A DNA stretch of 64,000 nucleotides, taken from assembly GCA_030264375.1 (NCBI GenBank), contig JASCQW010000139.1, positions 32,908,127 to 32,972,126 of the forward strand, given 5' to 3'. Below, in pieces: positions 51,559-62,637 of this stretch. The DNA comes from Carcharhinus longimanus (Eukaryota). A model generated the notes under the pieces. It was not told the DNA's origin and made no database searches. It was given only the letters and a program-made list of their open reading frames with translations. Made by a program: the position numbers and the translations under genes. Each line of letters begins with the position of its first letter. Positions within the stretch are counted from its first letter, which is position 1.

Positions 51559-51733
51559 TGTTGTGTATTCATGTTTGTTCCTAATTGGAACATGGTCAGT
51601 TTAAGAGTCCAATCACGTGAGCTATTGATGATGTCATCAGCCGTTTGCACGAGTGAGTTAAAACCTTTCTCATAAAGCTCTGACTTATTTGTACCTTCAT
51701 GGTCTGCAAGCCTATCCTTTTAAAAATACCACA
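51559..51733 (+). repeat. Gypsy 3' LTR
   Basis: Preceded by the purine tract aaaggagaatgaaag; TGTTGTGTAT...ATACCACA. Confidence 0.8.
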
Positions 51734-51789
51734 GAAACAGGCTCAAGCAGCTGTATGTTGATCCTGTTCGTGCTTTTATATCATAACAA

Positions 51790-52045
51790 AGGAGTATAAC
51801 CTTAATCAGAGCTAGACTGTTGAGGAATGATTTCAGGAAGCACACCTTCACACACAAGACAGTGGAAATTTGGAAAATTTCCCCATAGTTGTTGAGGATA
51901 AGTCAGTTCAAAATTTGAGAGCTGGGTTTGTTTGATTTCCATTAGTAAGAGTGGTAAGGGTTATGGAACCAAGGTGGGTAGTTGATTTGAATTGATTTGC
52001 TGAGAAGGCTGGAGGAACTGAATGGCCTCCTTTTGTTCCTTTGGT
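51790..52045 (+). mobile_element. CR1 3' end
   Basis: ttcaggaagcacaccttcacacac..gtggaaatttggaa...ggctggaggaactgaatggcctcc. Confidence 0.6.
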
Positions 52046-52137
52046 TAACACCCCATTGTCCTCTACTGCTTTGTAAATTGCTTACTGCCCACTGCTCCTC
52101 AAAATTCTCCACGCCACAATTTTCTACTCGCCCACTG

Positions 52138-52312
52138 ATCTGATTTACCTTGATTTATTATTGTCACGTGTATTGGGATATAGTGAAAAGTATTGTTTTT
52201 TGCTCTGTTGATAAAACATACCATTCATAGAATACATTAGGGTGAAGGAGAGGATACAGGATATAGTGTTAGTCATAACTAGGGTGTAGAGAACAATCAG
52301 CTTAATATATGG
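52138..52312 (-). mobile_element. Rex1/Babar 3' end
   Basis: tgatttattattgtcacgtgtattgggatatagtgaaaagtattgttt, homologous to 17225-17300. Confidence 0.75.
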
Positions 52313-53554
52313 TAACCCTCATTACTGCACCTCACTCCATACAGTTCCCTGAGCTTCACTGCAAGGTGCTGAGAGTTGGCTGCACTGAGCGAACATAGTT
52401 CAACTTATAACAAAGCTGCAATAAGCCTTTGATGAGAAGCCAAGAGGATCAGCACTGGCTACGTTCCAGCTACTTTAAATACTGTCGTTGGGCCCCTGTC
52501 CCTATTTTAAAGTTAAGCATCCATATTACCCTCAAAGCATGTTCCACTTCATGACTCCCACTTTAAAAGAAAAGTTTTAATAATGGTTAGAAGTCTTTTC
52601 TTGTTGTGGGGGGTCCCTACACCATTCGTTTTTGTTGCTAGTTAGCTGGGGTTGTCTGTGGCCTAAGTCATGTAAATGTTAGTTGCAATCTGCAGTCACG
52701 AGTAACCCATAATGAGCAATAATGCGAGGTCAACAGAGACTATGATCCTTTCTTGTCATTGTGAGTTAAACATAAACCAAAGCAATTGAAGTTGGATCAT
52801 CACAAGCAAAGGGCAAAAGTTAAATATTTTTGGGGGAGGGTTGGGGACGGCAGTTGCAATAAAATTCACTTCCACTGATAGCTTTATCCATTTTATCAGG
52901 CTTGTCACCATGCGCTTCATCTGAATTGAATTCCTTATCCATAGATATGCTATCAACTGGCTTCCAGCAACACAAGCACTTCACTATTGCTTCAGTTGCT
53001 CAGCCAGTCAGAGGCTCCTCACCAACTGTGTCCAACCCTCAACAGCTTCTGCTTTTCTCTGAGATATTTGCTCCCATGACCTGTTAGCACTTGGTCACTA
53101 GTTGAAAGGAAAAAGCAAGTTAACTTTTGTCCCTTAGCCACATACTTTAGCTGTTGAGCTGGATCTAGACTGTTTTCCAGCATGGGAGTAGGAAGAAACT
53201 AAATGGTGTTGTGCGTTTCACCTTTGAGACCCATATGCAGTTCTTTGCAGACTGATGGATGAAAGCCTGGTTTGGTGGATGTAATGAGATGGGCTGTTTG
53301 ATTCAATACAGAATGGGAATTAGCCCAAAGCGCACAACAGGATCTAATTTTGTACCAAATAGAAAGCTCACTGAGGCCACAGGATAGCTGTTATGGGGAA
53401 TAGGGAAATCACATTGATTAGTGCAGGCTGTTCAAGATGATATTTTGAAGTGCATTGCACGGAGTTATGAGAGTAACATATAGCATTTAAATCCACATTC
53501 CCATCTTGTTGTTGATTATAACACATGCCCTGATTTGAGATTTATTGGCTTTTA

Positions 53555-53895
53555 GGACGGCACTTTGACACAGTGATTAGCACTGCTGCCTCTCAGTGCC
53601 AGAGACCTGTGTTCAATTCTGGACTTAGGTGATTGTGTGGAGTTTGCACATTCTCCCCGTATCTGCATGGATTTGCTCTCGGTTCCCCTGTTTCCTCCCA
53701 CACTCCAAAGATGTGCAGGCTAGGTTGTTGGCCATGCCAAATTGCCCCTTAGTGTCCCAGGATGTGTGGGTTAGGGGGGATTAGCAGAGTAAATACATTG
53801 GGTTATGGAGATAGGGCCTGGGTAGGATGCTCTGTCAGAGGGTTGGTACAGACTCGATGGGTTGAATTGCCACCTCCTGCACTATAGGGACTCTT
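53555..53895 (+). mobile_element. Full-length HE1-type V-SINE
   Basis: tRNA-like head acagtgattagcactgctgcctc...gttcaattc; V domain tgtgtggagtttgcacattctcccc; CR1-type tail gactcgatgggttgaattgccacctcctgcactataggga. Confidence 0.88.
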
Positions 53896-54056
53896 TGGCT
53901 AATAAGGTAACAGCCAAAAACAATTTTTCCAAACATTCAGATCCACAAACAGGGAAGAAGAAGTATAAAAGCAAATGGGTCATATTCCCATGGCATTTGA
54001 GCACCAGAACATCAGGATGTACATGCCTGGACTGTAGAGTTAGGACTCACAATATA

Positions 54057-54195
54057 GGGTGGGACTTCCTGGCTGTGTGTCTCGAGCAGAAATTTCTGCT
54101 TGAGGTCAACAGACCTTAAAATGGTCTGCCGAATTTTCTGTCCCACCCGCTCCCACTATAATTCCCGCAGCGGGTGGAATGGGAAAATTCTGCCC
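54057..54195. mobile_element. MITE (Harbinger-like) with 3-bp TSD
   Basis: ata-GGGTGGGACTTCC...GAAAATTCTGCCC-ata; imperfect terminal inverted repeats, ATA on both flanks. Confidence 0.6.
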
Positions 54196-56879
54196 ATAGT
54201 TGTATCTGAGTTGGAGGGCTTGAGGATGACACTGGGTGTCTGAAATGTAGAGTGTTCTGATCCAGGCACACTCAACCCTCACCTTGATCATAAACTCACA
54301 CAAAATAGGTAATTGTAATTCTCACTTGGCAGTGTACACTGGTCTCCAGGCATCGACACCAGCACTGGTTTCCAGGCATTGACACCTGTACCCAGGTGAA
54401 GTGGGTTTTTATCCACACCTCCTACCTGTGGGGCTGTTGCTGGTCTCAGAAAATTAATTTCAGTGAAGCATTTGCACTGATTTTTTTTTTAGCTGAACTG
54501 CTTTCTAAAGGAAGGCAGCAAGCACAATAATTTGAGAGAGGCCCTGAGGGTCAGGTGTTCAGAGTAAATAAATGTTTTAATGTGAAAGGAGAAGATTAAG
54601 CTGTGGGATGAAAGGATGAGATGCGCGGTAGCTTGTTTGCAGTGGAGCAGNNNNNNNNNNCAGCAAGTGTGTGACTGAACCAGCAACAAAGGGCAAGAGA
54701 TGCAGCACAAAGACAAGGGTTTAAAAGTGGAAGATGCTGGACATAACACAGTGGGTTGCCAACATCTGAAAGAGAAAGGGTGTGACAATTTTCTGGAAGC
54801 CCTTTGGCAGAATTTACTGCTTCATAAGAAGTTTCCAGCCCTCACCACCACCTGAAATATTAACCCTATTTTTATTTCTTCTGGATGATTAATACTTCAC
54901 AATGCAATTTCTTTTAGTTTAAATATTACCTTCCCAACTGTCATGGTTTGTGCCCGGAGCAATCAAACTGCAACTCATACTACTTGCTCTGACTGAGCTC
55001 TTGGCAATGTGATGTGGTTCCAGTTAACACTCCTTTCATCTGCCGAGGCCAAAGGACTTTGTTGCGCAAACCAACCAAACTGATCAGTATTTATTTGACT
55101 GCTGTTGAGGCATTAGCCATTACTGCACAATTTGCACATTTCCCAGCTCAATAGTGTCATCTGTGTATACCACCTTTGAAGAATTGGGGCTGGGCAGAAG
55201 TGACTCGGGGGAGGGGGGAGGAATTATAAATAGAATAAAAAAATCTAAAAGACTTTTGGATGCCCCACAACTGAGAACTGAATTTAACCTGCATCTCAGC
55301 CAATGCTGTCACTCAAACTCCTCTGATAGAATTGTTTGCAGAAACTTTTTATCAAGAACTGGGTCTATTAGTCTTGTGCCCCTGACCTTAAGACTGCAGT
55401 GGCCCTTACTAATATTTATAGTTCTGAGAAAACTCTCCCAAAGTTTTATTTTAAGAATACCTCTTCTGACATGCATGAACCAGAACTACTAGCTGAGGTC
55501 ACTGTGGTCTCTAAGTATTGGTCTCAGCTCAAGCTCCTAGATCACAGAGTGAAAATTTCACTACAGGAAATCCTACAGTGAGAATAACCTCCTCCCTCTG
55601 CCCCAGAAATGAAGCCTGCCATCACTGAAGGATTTGTCTAAGATATTACATACTACATTGTTGGTTGGACATTAGCTAGATCACTGCTTTCACCTTTGGC
55701 TGGTGCTCTGATGGTATATGAGAGTGGCACTGATCATCTACAATGTGGGAACATCAGTGACTCAGATAAGCCTTTTGGGCGTTCTGACAGAGAAGCTGTC
55801 TCAGGAATTTTGACCTCAGCGCCCCCTTTTCAGAGTACACTTAATGAATGTAATAGCATGAGTTTGGAGGGTGCACTTGGCTGATGAAATTCTGAGCCCA
55901 TATAGTAATTATCACATGCGCACTACTAGTTCCTGCCTTTCTCCACTCACTGTCTCTGCTGTCTGTCAGATTGTTTGAATTGTCTTTGATAGCTCCAACC
56001 TGATTACCACAGAGGGAAAGTTTACTCATAGAGATTCCCAAATGATATTCATGAAATGAACAGCCTTGCATAAGCCAGGGAAGGAATCCAACAAGTCAGA
56101 TGCTTGAAGGAGAACACATTTCCAGGCTGTACCACAGATAAGGATTTTGTTATCTTGAACATGCTGGGTGAAATACAGCTATTACTGGTACCATTCCAAC
56201 GTCTTTGCGAGAAGGATCCTGCTAGGCATGTACTGTGCAGCCTTTAAAACCTTTATGCAGCATCAGAGTGAGATTGAGTTCCGCTGTTTAGCGTATCTCA
56301 TTCCTGAGGATGTACATTAGCGATCTTCCTCAGGGAAACTTAGGAAGTCGAAAAAAGGCTGTGGAATGTTCCTTAAAATGGTAGAAAGACATGGAAACTA
56401 GCTCAGGAATTCCCCTTGGGGAACAGCTAACTTAAAGCTTTCCAAAGCAACCACTAACCAGCGCCGCCCCCACCCCCGCCCCCCACACACTTTACTCACT
56501 TAATATAATGATGGTTAAAAAATAATTCTCAGACACTTTATCTTTCTCAATTAACTAGCAATAAGAATCAGCTTCTAATACTTAAAAGGATTCAAAACTA
56601 CCCCTCTTCAGAGAAATTATTCTGTTGCAGCAAAGAGTTGGCTGATTAACTTATTACCCAGCTGCTCTGTGAAGATGACAACATTATAAATTACACCAGC
56701 AGAATTGGAGATGTTCTGAAATTGTCCTCTATGTTGTACCTCAGCACTAAAAAGATTTTATTCAGTTAGAAGAAGTTGTAAACAAATTTAAAGATATACC
56801 TAAAAAGGAGGAGAAAGTTTATTCGTGGGTAACTGAATGTGGATATACTTATGCAGCAATGTACCTCAGCAGTGTTGGA

Positions 56880-57036
56880 TTGTGTAGTACTGTGTGTCAG
56901 TGTTTGGCTGTGGAGTGCTGTGTGTAACTATGTGTCACTGTTGCATTGTGTAGTGCTATGTGTCAGTGTTTGGTTGTGGTTTGCTGTGTATAACTGTGTC
57001 AGTGTTGTGTTGTGGTGTGCTGTGCTGTGCATAACA
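56880..57036. repeat. Degenerate TG-rich tandem repeat (unit about 65-68 bp, 2+ copies) next to a 10-N gap
   Basis: tgtgtagt(a/g)ct(g/a)tgtgtcagtgtttgg(c/t)tgtgg..tgctgtgt(g/a)taact repeated. Confidence 0.75.
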
Positions 57037-57235
57037 NNNNNNNNNNGTAATTGTGTGTTGGTGTCAGGTTGTACTGAAAAAGATTTTGGTGGGTAATTAG
57101 CGCCCCCTGCAGTGCGTGTTATCTACATCTCTTGGTCCAGATTTCAGCAATGATCTGCCATGTGTGACCTTTAGAAACGTTTGGTCCGAAGGATCTTGGT
57201 AAAAATACATGGAAAATTCTCCATTTATGTACCTG

Positions 57236-57337
57236 AGCTCACCTGACGAAGGAGCAGCAAGCGCTTCGAAAGCCAGTGGCTTTTGTTACCAAATAAACCT
57301 GTTGGGCTTTAACCTGGTGTTGTGAGACTTCTTACTG
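57236..57337 (+). mobile_element. Penelope pLTR remnant with minimal hammerhead motif
   Basis: cacCTGACGAaggagcagcaagcgcttcGAAAgccagtg...aaataaacctgttgggctttaacctggtgttgtgagacttcttac; reverse complement of the 41461 family. Confidence 0.85.
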
Positions 57338-57791
57338 TAAAAAGTTATGGTCAGAATCATTTGAACCTTGCATTATTCAAAACTCAGGCAAGATGTACTA
57401 GTGTGGGAATTTGGAACAGTTAATTTTTATTTTAAACCTCTGTTGCACAGCTGCTGATAGTAACACTTAGTCACCTAATTTGCTGTAAATAAAAAAAACA
57501 CCCCGATACCCAACTGGCATTTCCCCTACATGCTGCTGTCTCTGTTTTTGCACTTACTCTAATACAGGTGGTATTCTGTTCTGCACTACTTCCCTTCTGA
57601 CGAGTGCATGGTTGAGCATTTCAGTTTGATATCTTAACATTCCCATCGTTATAGAGATAGAAGGCTCCAGATTTCTAACTTCATCCCACAATCACAAATA
57701 AGGAAACCTGTGATTTTGTGGTTTTGTGGAGTAGGTATACTTGGGATGTGCCATTCATACTTTCATAACTTTTGCCTTTTCTCCCTTACAG

Positions 57792-57866
57792 GCCAAGTTT
57801 GCCATTCAGAGAGGTGCCACAGCAGTGATCTTCGATGTAACAGATGATGCAAGTGCTGTGGGTCAG
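57792..57866 (+). CDS. RNF43: RNF43 coding exon (PA domain; equivalent to human exon 4)
   Basis: Pyrimidine tract ttttgccttttctcccttacAG, donor GTaaga, 75 nt, phase 0-0. AKFAIQRGATAVIFDVTDDASAVGQ matches the RNF43/ZNRF3 RGAxAVxFD motif. Confidence 0.93.
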
Positions 57867-58799
57867 GTAAGATGAACATTCAACGTCTTTGTCATTGACA
57901 GTAATCATCAGGCTGCAAGAATGGTTCAGGACAGAGATGATCTTTCATTAAAGCCTGTTTTCTTTTAACTCACTAAAAGTACGTGGTGTCACCTCCCACC
58001 AGCACTGTACTGTTCACACATCTTATCAAACGTCATTATCCAAATTGTCACCATGGGAAGTTCCCATCACTGTATAGAGGCAATCTTTGATTCCAAAGAA
58101 AGTTGCATTAAAATTCCATTCATCCTCCTGGAGAGCAGTTGGTGTCTTCTGTGAAGATGGAGATGTGCAGCAGCTAGTTTGTTCACAGCAAGATCCCAAA
58201 ACTAACTGGGTGAAATAGATGACTAGTTAATCTGTGAAATTGATTGAGGGAAGAAAGTTGACCAAGTTGTCACAGGCCCAAGAACATCCCTGCACCAGAA
58301 CAAGAAAGGCAGGGCCTAGATGTCTTTGTGTATCACGGATCTTACAGCATCTACTGAGGAACGTGAATAATCACAGCAATCCAAGGCATAACATCCCAAA
58401 TCAAAACCAACCAAACTGTTTGTTTATTAGTTATCATTCACCCTACTGAAATGTATTTACATGAATGACTCTTGTAGTGCCACAATATGGAAGATTTCAT
58501 CATCATCTCAAACATATCTACCTTTACAATCTTTAGTCATGTTCTTAACCAAATATTTATCCACTTATTTTTGAGTTAAATCCCACATCAACTGATTTTA
58601 GTGGGAATTTGTCACGCGTCAAAAACCGAGGTTTGTATTTATATAGCACCTTATCAAATTGCTGAGGACGATTAATTACTTTGGAATGTGATGACTGTTT
58701 TTAGTAAGCAAACACAAGTCATTTTTCAGAATGTAAATATCCAATCAACAGCAGTGAGTCATACTGTGCCTGAGTATTCCACAGTAAGTAACTCATCTT

Positions 58800-59345
58800 C
58801 TGACTCCTCAAAGTCTCACCCCGTCAGCTATAAGGCAAAAGTCAGGAGTGTGATGGAATACTCTCCACTTGCCTGGATGGTTGCAGCTCCAACAACACTC
58901 AAGAAACTTGACACCATCCGAGATAAAGCTTACCTGCTCAGTCGTCCATCACCTTAAATACTGGTTCCATCCATCACCAGAGCACTTTGGCTGCAGTGTG
59001 TAACATCTACAAGAGGCAGGGCAAAACTCCCTGACGTTTCTTCACCAGCTCTCCCCAATCCAACTTCTACCAAGTACTAGGACAGGGACAGCAGATACAT
59101 GGGAAATCATCACCGGCAAGCTCCAATACAAGTCTCACACCATTCTGACTTGGAAATATTTTGCTACTCCTTCAGCGTAATTGGGTTAAAATCCTGGAAA
59201 TTTGTATCTAACAGCTCCGTGAGAATACCTTCACATCTGGACTGCAACGGTTCTTTAAGTGGCTCACCACCTTTTCGAGGGCGATTAGGGATGAGAAATA
59301 AATGCTGATCTAGCCAGCACTGTCCACATCCCATGAATGAATAAA
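58800..59345 (+). mobile_element. CR1-group (family B) LINE 3' portion
   Basis: YKAKVRSVMEYSPLAWMVAAPTTLKKLDTIRDKA...; tail aataaatgctgatctagccagcactgtccacatcccatgaatgaataaa. Confidence 0.82.
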
Positions 59346-59499
59346 TTAAAAGTATGTAATCTGAACAATGACATTTTGACAAAGCAGCAACAATTTCTCA
59401 AGTGCTGAGACACTCTGAACCTTTCCATGAAGCACAGCAACCTTGACAATGAGAAGATTTTACTACCAGTCATTCAAATGGTGACAACTTATCCACCAA

Positions 59500-60030
59500 T
59501 CTCTAGAGATAAGAAATAACAAAGTAAAGTCGCTTGTGGGAGTAGTTAATATGTCTGCTAATAGTAACAACACAATTAGGAGGTGGGATATAGGAAGGCA
59601 TAATGGGGGCTTGTGTGAAAGATACATCAATAATCATGGGTGATTTTAATCTACATATAAACTGAACAAATCAGATTGGCAAAGGCAGCCTGGAATATGA
59701 GTTCACTGTAGGTTTTTGGGATTGTTCCTTAGAGCAGTATGTTCTAGCACTAAGCAAAGAGCAGGCAGTTCTAGATCTGGTAATGTGCAATGAGATAGGA
59801 TTAATTAATTACCTCATAGTAAAGGTGCCTTAGGTAGCAGTGATCAAAACGTGAATGAAGCTTGCACTCAGTTTGAGACAGAGAAGTGTGTCTGAGAAGG
59901 CAATTGTAAAAGAACAAAAACAGAGTTGGCTGAAGTGAACTAGACAATTAGGTTATGGAGTAGGTCAGTAGAGATGCAATGGCAGACATTTGAGGAGGTA
60001 TTTCCTAACACTTGGCCAAGGTACATTTCA
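59500..60030 (+). mobile_element. CR1 endonuclease-region fragment
   Basis: SLVGVV, IIMGDFNLHI, FLEQYVL, AVLDLVMCNE, GSSDQN remnants. Confidence 0.75.
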
Positions 60031-60642
60031 GCGAACTGATTATTGCACATTAGTGCTTAAGAATGGATTCTATTCCGAAGAAGGTAATTCTGGAAAAGGA
60101 CCAGATAATGAGACGACATTCGGGGAATAATTATGAGGATCAGTCATAAGAACAATGCTATCTCGACACGTTTCTTCACTCTGTGGCTTTGGTATCATTA
60201 GAGTTGGTTCGAGTGTACAAGGAAAATGTGACTCATTCAAAGAAGGGCACATTATATACCAGACATGGGAGGTGAACAGGATTAGAATTTTAGATTAAAT
60301 GTCGGTACTAATTATCAGCTTGTGTTGTGCCAAGGATTTAAAGCAATGCTTTAATACTTCACACATAATTTAAATTTAACAAAAAAACTTTGGACAAATT
60401 ATTTATCGATTAATGAAAGAACGAGCTTATCTGCTTGGGCTTAAAGCCCATGTGCCAAATACTGCAACTGGTAAATTTGGTGCAAATGCTTCTAGCTTTG
60501 GCTCAGGCATGTGCCTTTCAAATGAAAAACTAAAATTAACCCAGTAATTCAATAGTATAAATGAAAAGGTAACACAAGAATACAAGAATTATGTCTTGTT
60601 AATTCAAACGAGGAAGAATGAGTAAGAAGTTAGCCTGTACCT

Positions 60643-60752
60643 TATGAACATACAAATAGGAACAGAAGTATGCCATTCAGCTCTTCAAGCCTGTTCCATC
60701 ATTCAGTAAGATCATGGCTGATCTGTCTATGCTTCAAATTCCACATTCCCTT
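60643..60752 (-). mobile_element. CR1 3' end
   Basis: aacatacaaataggaacagaagtatgccattcagctcttcaagcctg...gatcatggctgatctg. Confidence 0.75.
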
Positions 60753-62496
60753 CATTAAAATAGGTTTATTTCCAAGATAGCCAGGTAAAGTCACAGACTC
60801 TCCCAGTTCATTCCAGACACTGGCGATTTTATCAGCATTTCACACCAGTTGATTGGCATGGCGAGCCAGTATGATCGCATGAGAGGCAAAAAACCAGGTT
60901 CGCACTGGTTTGGAATAGACTCTGTCTAATCCCCCTACTGGCAAGAATCACACTTTGCCTCATTTTTTCCACTGTGCCATAAAATAGCATCTGGGAGTTC
61001 ACCTAAAAAATGAATGTGATTTTCTCCCATTTTCATGCTTGTTTGGCACTTGGAATTTTATTGGTAAGTCCCTCAGAATGAGCTAATATCCTAATCCTTC
61101 CCCAATTGGTATTGACTGTGCATAATCACCAACTTAAAGCATGCTGCTAATTGCAACACGAATGCAACATTAACAGCCTTTTCCTTAATGTTGCTCTCCC
61201 AATCCTCACCGCCAACCACATCCCCCCCGCCAAAAGAATGGAGCCCTTCACTAAAATCAGCAAGTTGCTTAGATCAATGTTCTCTAAGATTTGACGACAA
61301 GTGAGCAGCAGCAGTTGGACTGAATAACCAATTGGAATCTGACTAGTGCTGAGGATTATAACAATACCACATAGGGGTACCAATGGGACTGGAGTTGGTC
61401 ATCAATGATATACTATAGTCTAATATATCACTATATATTAGAGTAAATGTTAAGCTAAGGGCAGGGGAATGACAGTGGAAAAATGCACAATGGAAAGGAA
61501 ACAGAAAAATGTGAAAAGTGAGACCAAAGTGGCTGAAGATATCAGAAAAGATTGCAAAACAGAGCTGAGAGCTCTTCGTAAATTGGTTGCAGATATTTAA
61601 TGTGAGTAAGAGTGTAAGAAGGAAGCAGGGAAATGAGAGATTGTAATTAGCAGATGGGATATTCAAACTCCTATGGATCCTTCTAGTGAGTAATTAGTTA
61701 CAAGGTAGTAGGTCAGGAAATTATGGCTGTCCCCCTGTCATTAGGCAACTTTCAAAGCTAGTCAGACTGGCGCTGAAGTTTAATAATGCAGGTCGGGGAA
61801 AACACAGCCCTTGACGAATCGGTACACCATAGCAGCTAGAAAGCATCGTGGAATCTTCAGTGAAACAAGGGAGAGCCTGTGGGCAATGCTGATTGGAGTT
61901 TCATAAATACAGAGCTATTTAAAAGGCAAGCTTCTCATTTAATCTTACTATTCAAAAGGAAATGTGATATGTATGGAGTATGCGTCGCACTGATAATGAA
62001 AGAAATCATTAGTCATTTAATTTGTGGTATGGTTATAAGTGTAGAGCACCTGATGAGTGCTAATCAATGTTACATATAGGCTATGGTAGCCAGAATCTAG
62101 CTACCCACACGGAGTGTGCACCGTCTTCATGAGGACAGAAGCCGAGTTTACCCAGAATGTCGACTAAATGGAAGCCTTGTAAACCTCTACTGTCTTGTAT
62201 TTGCAATAAGGAATGCAGATAAATTCTGCCGCCAATATTGTGAAAGTAAGTTAATGCCAATTTGTAATCCATCTCTGTTTTTATACCATTTAGCCCTGAG
62301 TGTTGTAATTTGTCAACTCTACGTTTCTTTTGTTTTGTGCCCTGTGTTGTGAACACTTCAAGAAATGCCAAGCCTTAATTTACAGAGACCAGTTGTTAAT
62401 TCTTGTTCAAAATGGTTTTTAAACAATAAGTTGCATTCTTATTAAGAGCCTTTCCAACGAGACACTCCTTAACGTGGCTTTTCATCTTCCCTGCAG

Positions 62497-62637
62497 CTAA
62501 AACAGAATCACGATGATCCTCTACTTCGCCCAGTTATCCTGATCCAAGGCCAGGATGCATTCCAGCTAATGAAGGTCATCAAAACTAATGGTGAAGCAAT
62601 AGTCAGAATTCACGTCAAGAGTGAGACACAGACTCGG
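62497..62637 (+). CDS. RNF43: RNF43 coding exon (end of PA domain; equivalent to human exon 5)
   Basis: Acceptor ttttcatcttccctgcAG, donor GTaagt, 141 nt, phase 0-0. LKQNHDDPLLRPVILIQGQDAFQLMKVIKTNGEAIVRIHVKSETQTR resembles RNF43 PVVLIWGNDAEKLM...AHVRI. Confidence 0.92.

Larger units (their letters stand above)
47827..51733 (+). mobile_element. Gypsy/Ty3 LTR retrotransposon with both LTRs, decayed pol and mostly deleted gag
   Basis: Homologous LTRs 47827-48019 and 51559-51733; PBS 48028-48039; protease end LMGRTWL; RT LIDDLFAGLAGGQHFSKVDLTQAYLQ and VQCYLGDILVTG; integrase LHEGHCG, WEWPEVPWQRVHLDYA, FARFGYPEQLVSDNEPQF; PPT 51544-51558. Confidence 0.9.

Noticed and set aside
53555-53630. tRNA gene at the A/B-box sequences (also 63690-63760 and 30800-30866)
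   Set aside because: These are SINE heads continuing into V-domain bodies; no complete cloverleaf.
54337-54386. Short tandem duplications (also 2122-2146 and 4953-4983)
   Set aside because: Ordinary slippage-type duplications with no further structure.
56880-57036. CRISPR-like or coding repeat (ORF 56839-57096)
   Set aside because: Low-complexity TG-rich tandem repeat without unique spacers, in eukaryotic context.
1306-58092. Scattered single TCF/LEF-like motifs (e.g. 1306, 16729, 28210, 33339, 52426, 55173)
   Set aside because: Dozens are expected by chance at this AT content, and several lie inside TEs.
551-62371. Supplied six-frame ORFs of 60-160 aa as host genes
   Set aside because: They are TE fragments, run through N gaps, or are chance ORFs with no recognisable domain. 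The real exons are too short to appear in the track.
15547-62637. Calling the gene ZNRF3
   Set aside because: ZNRF3 is highly conserved ([42 protein letters not shown] as recalled). The first exon and the VILI.G.DA..LM...VRI segment fit RNF43 better.
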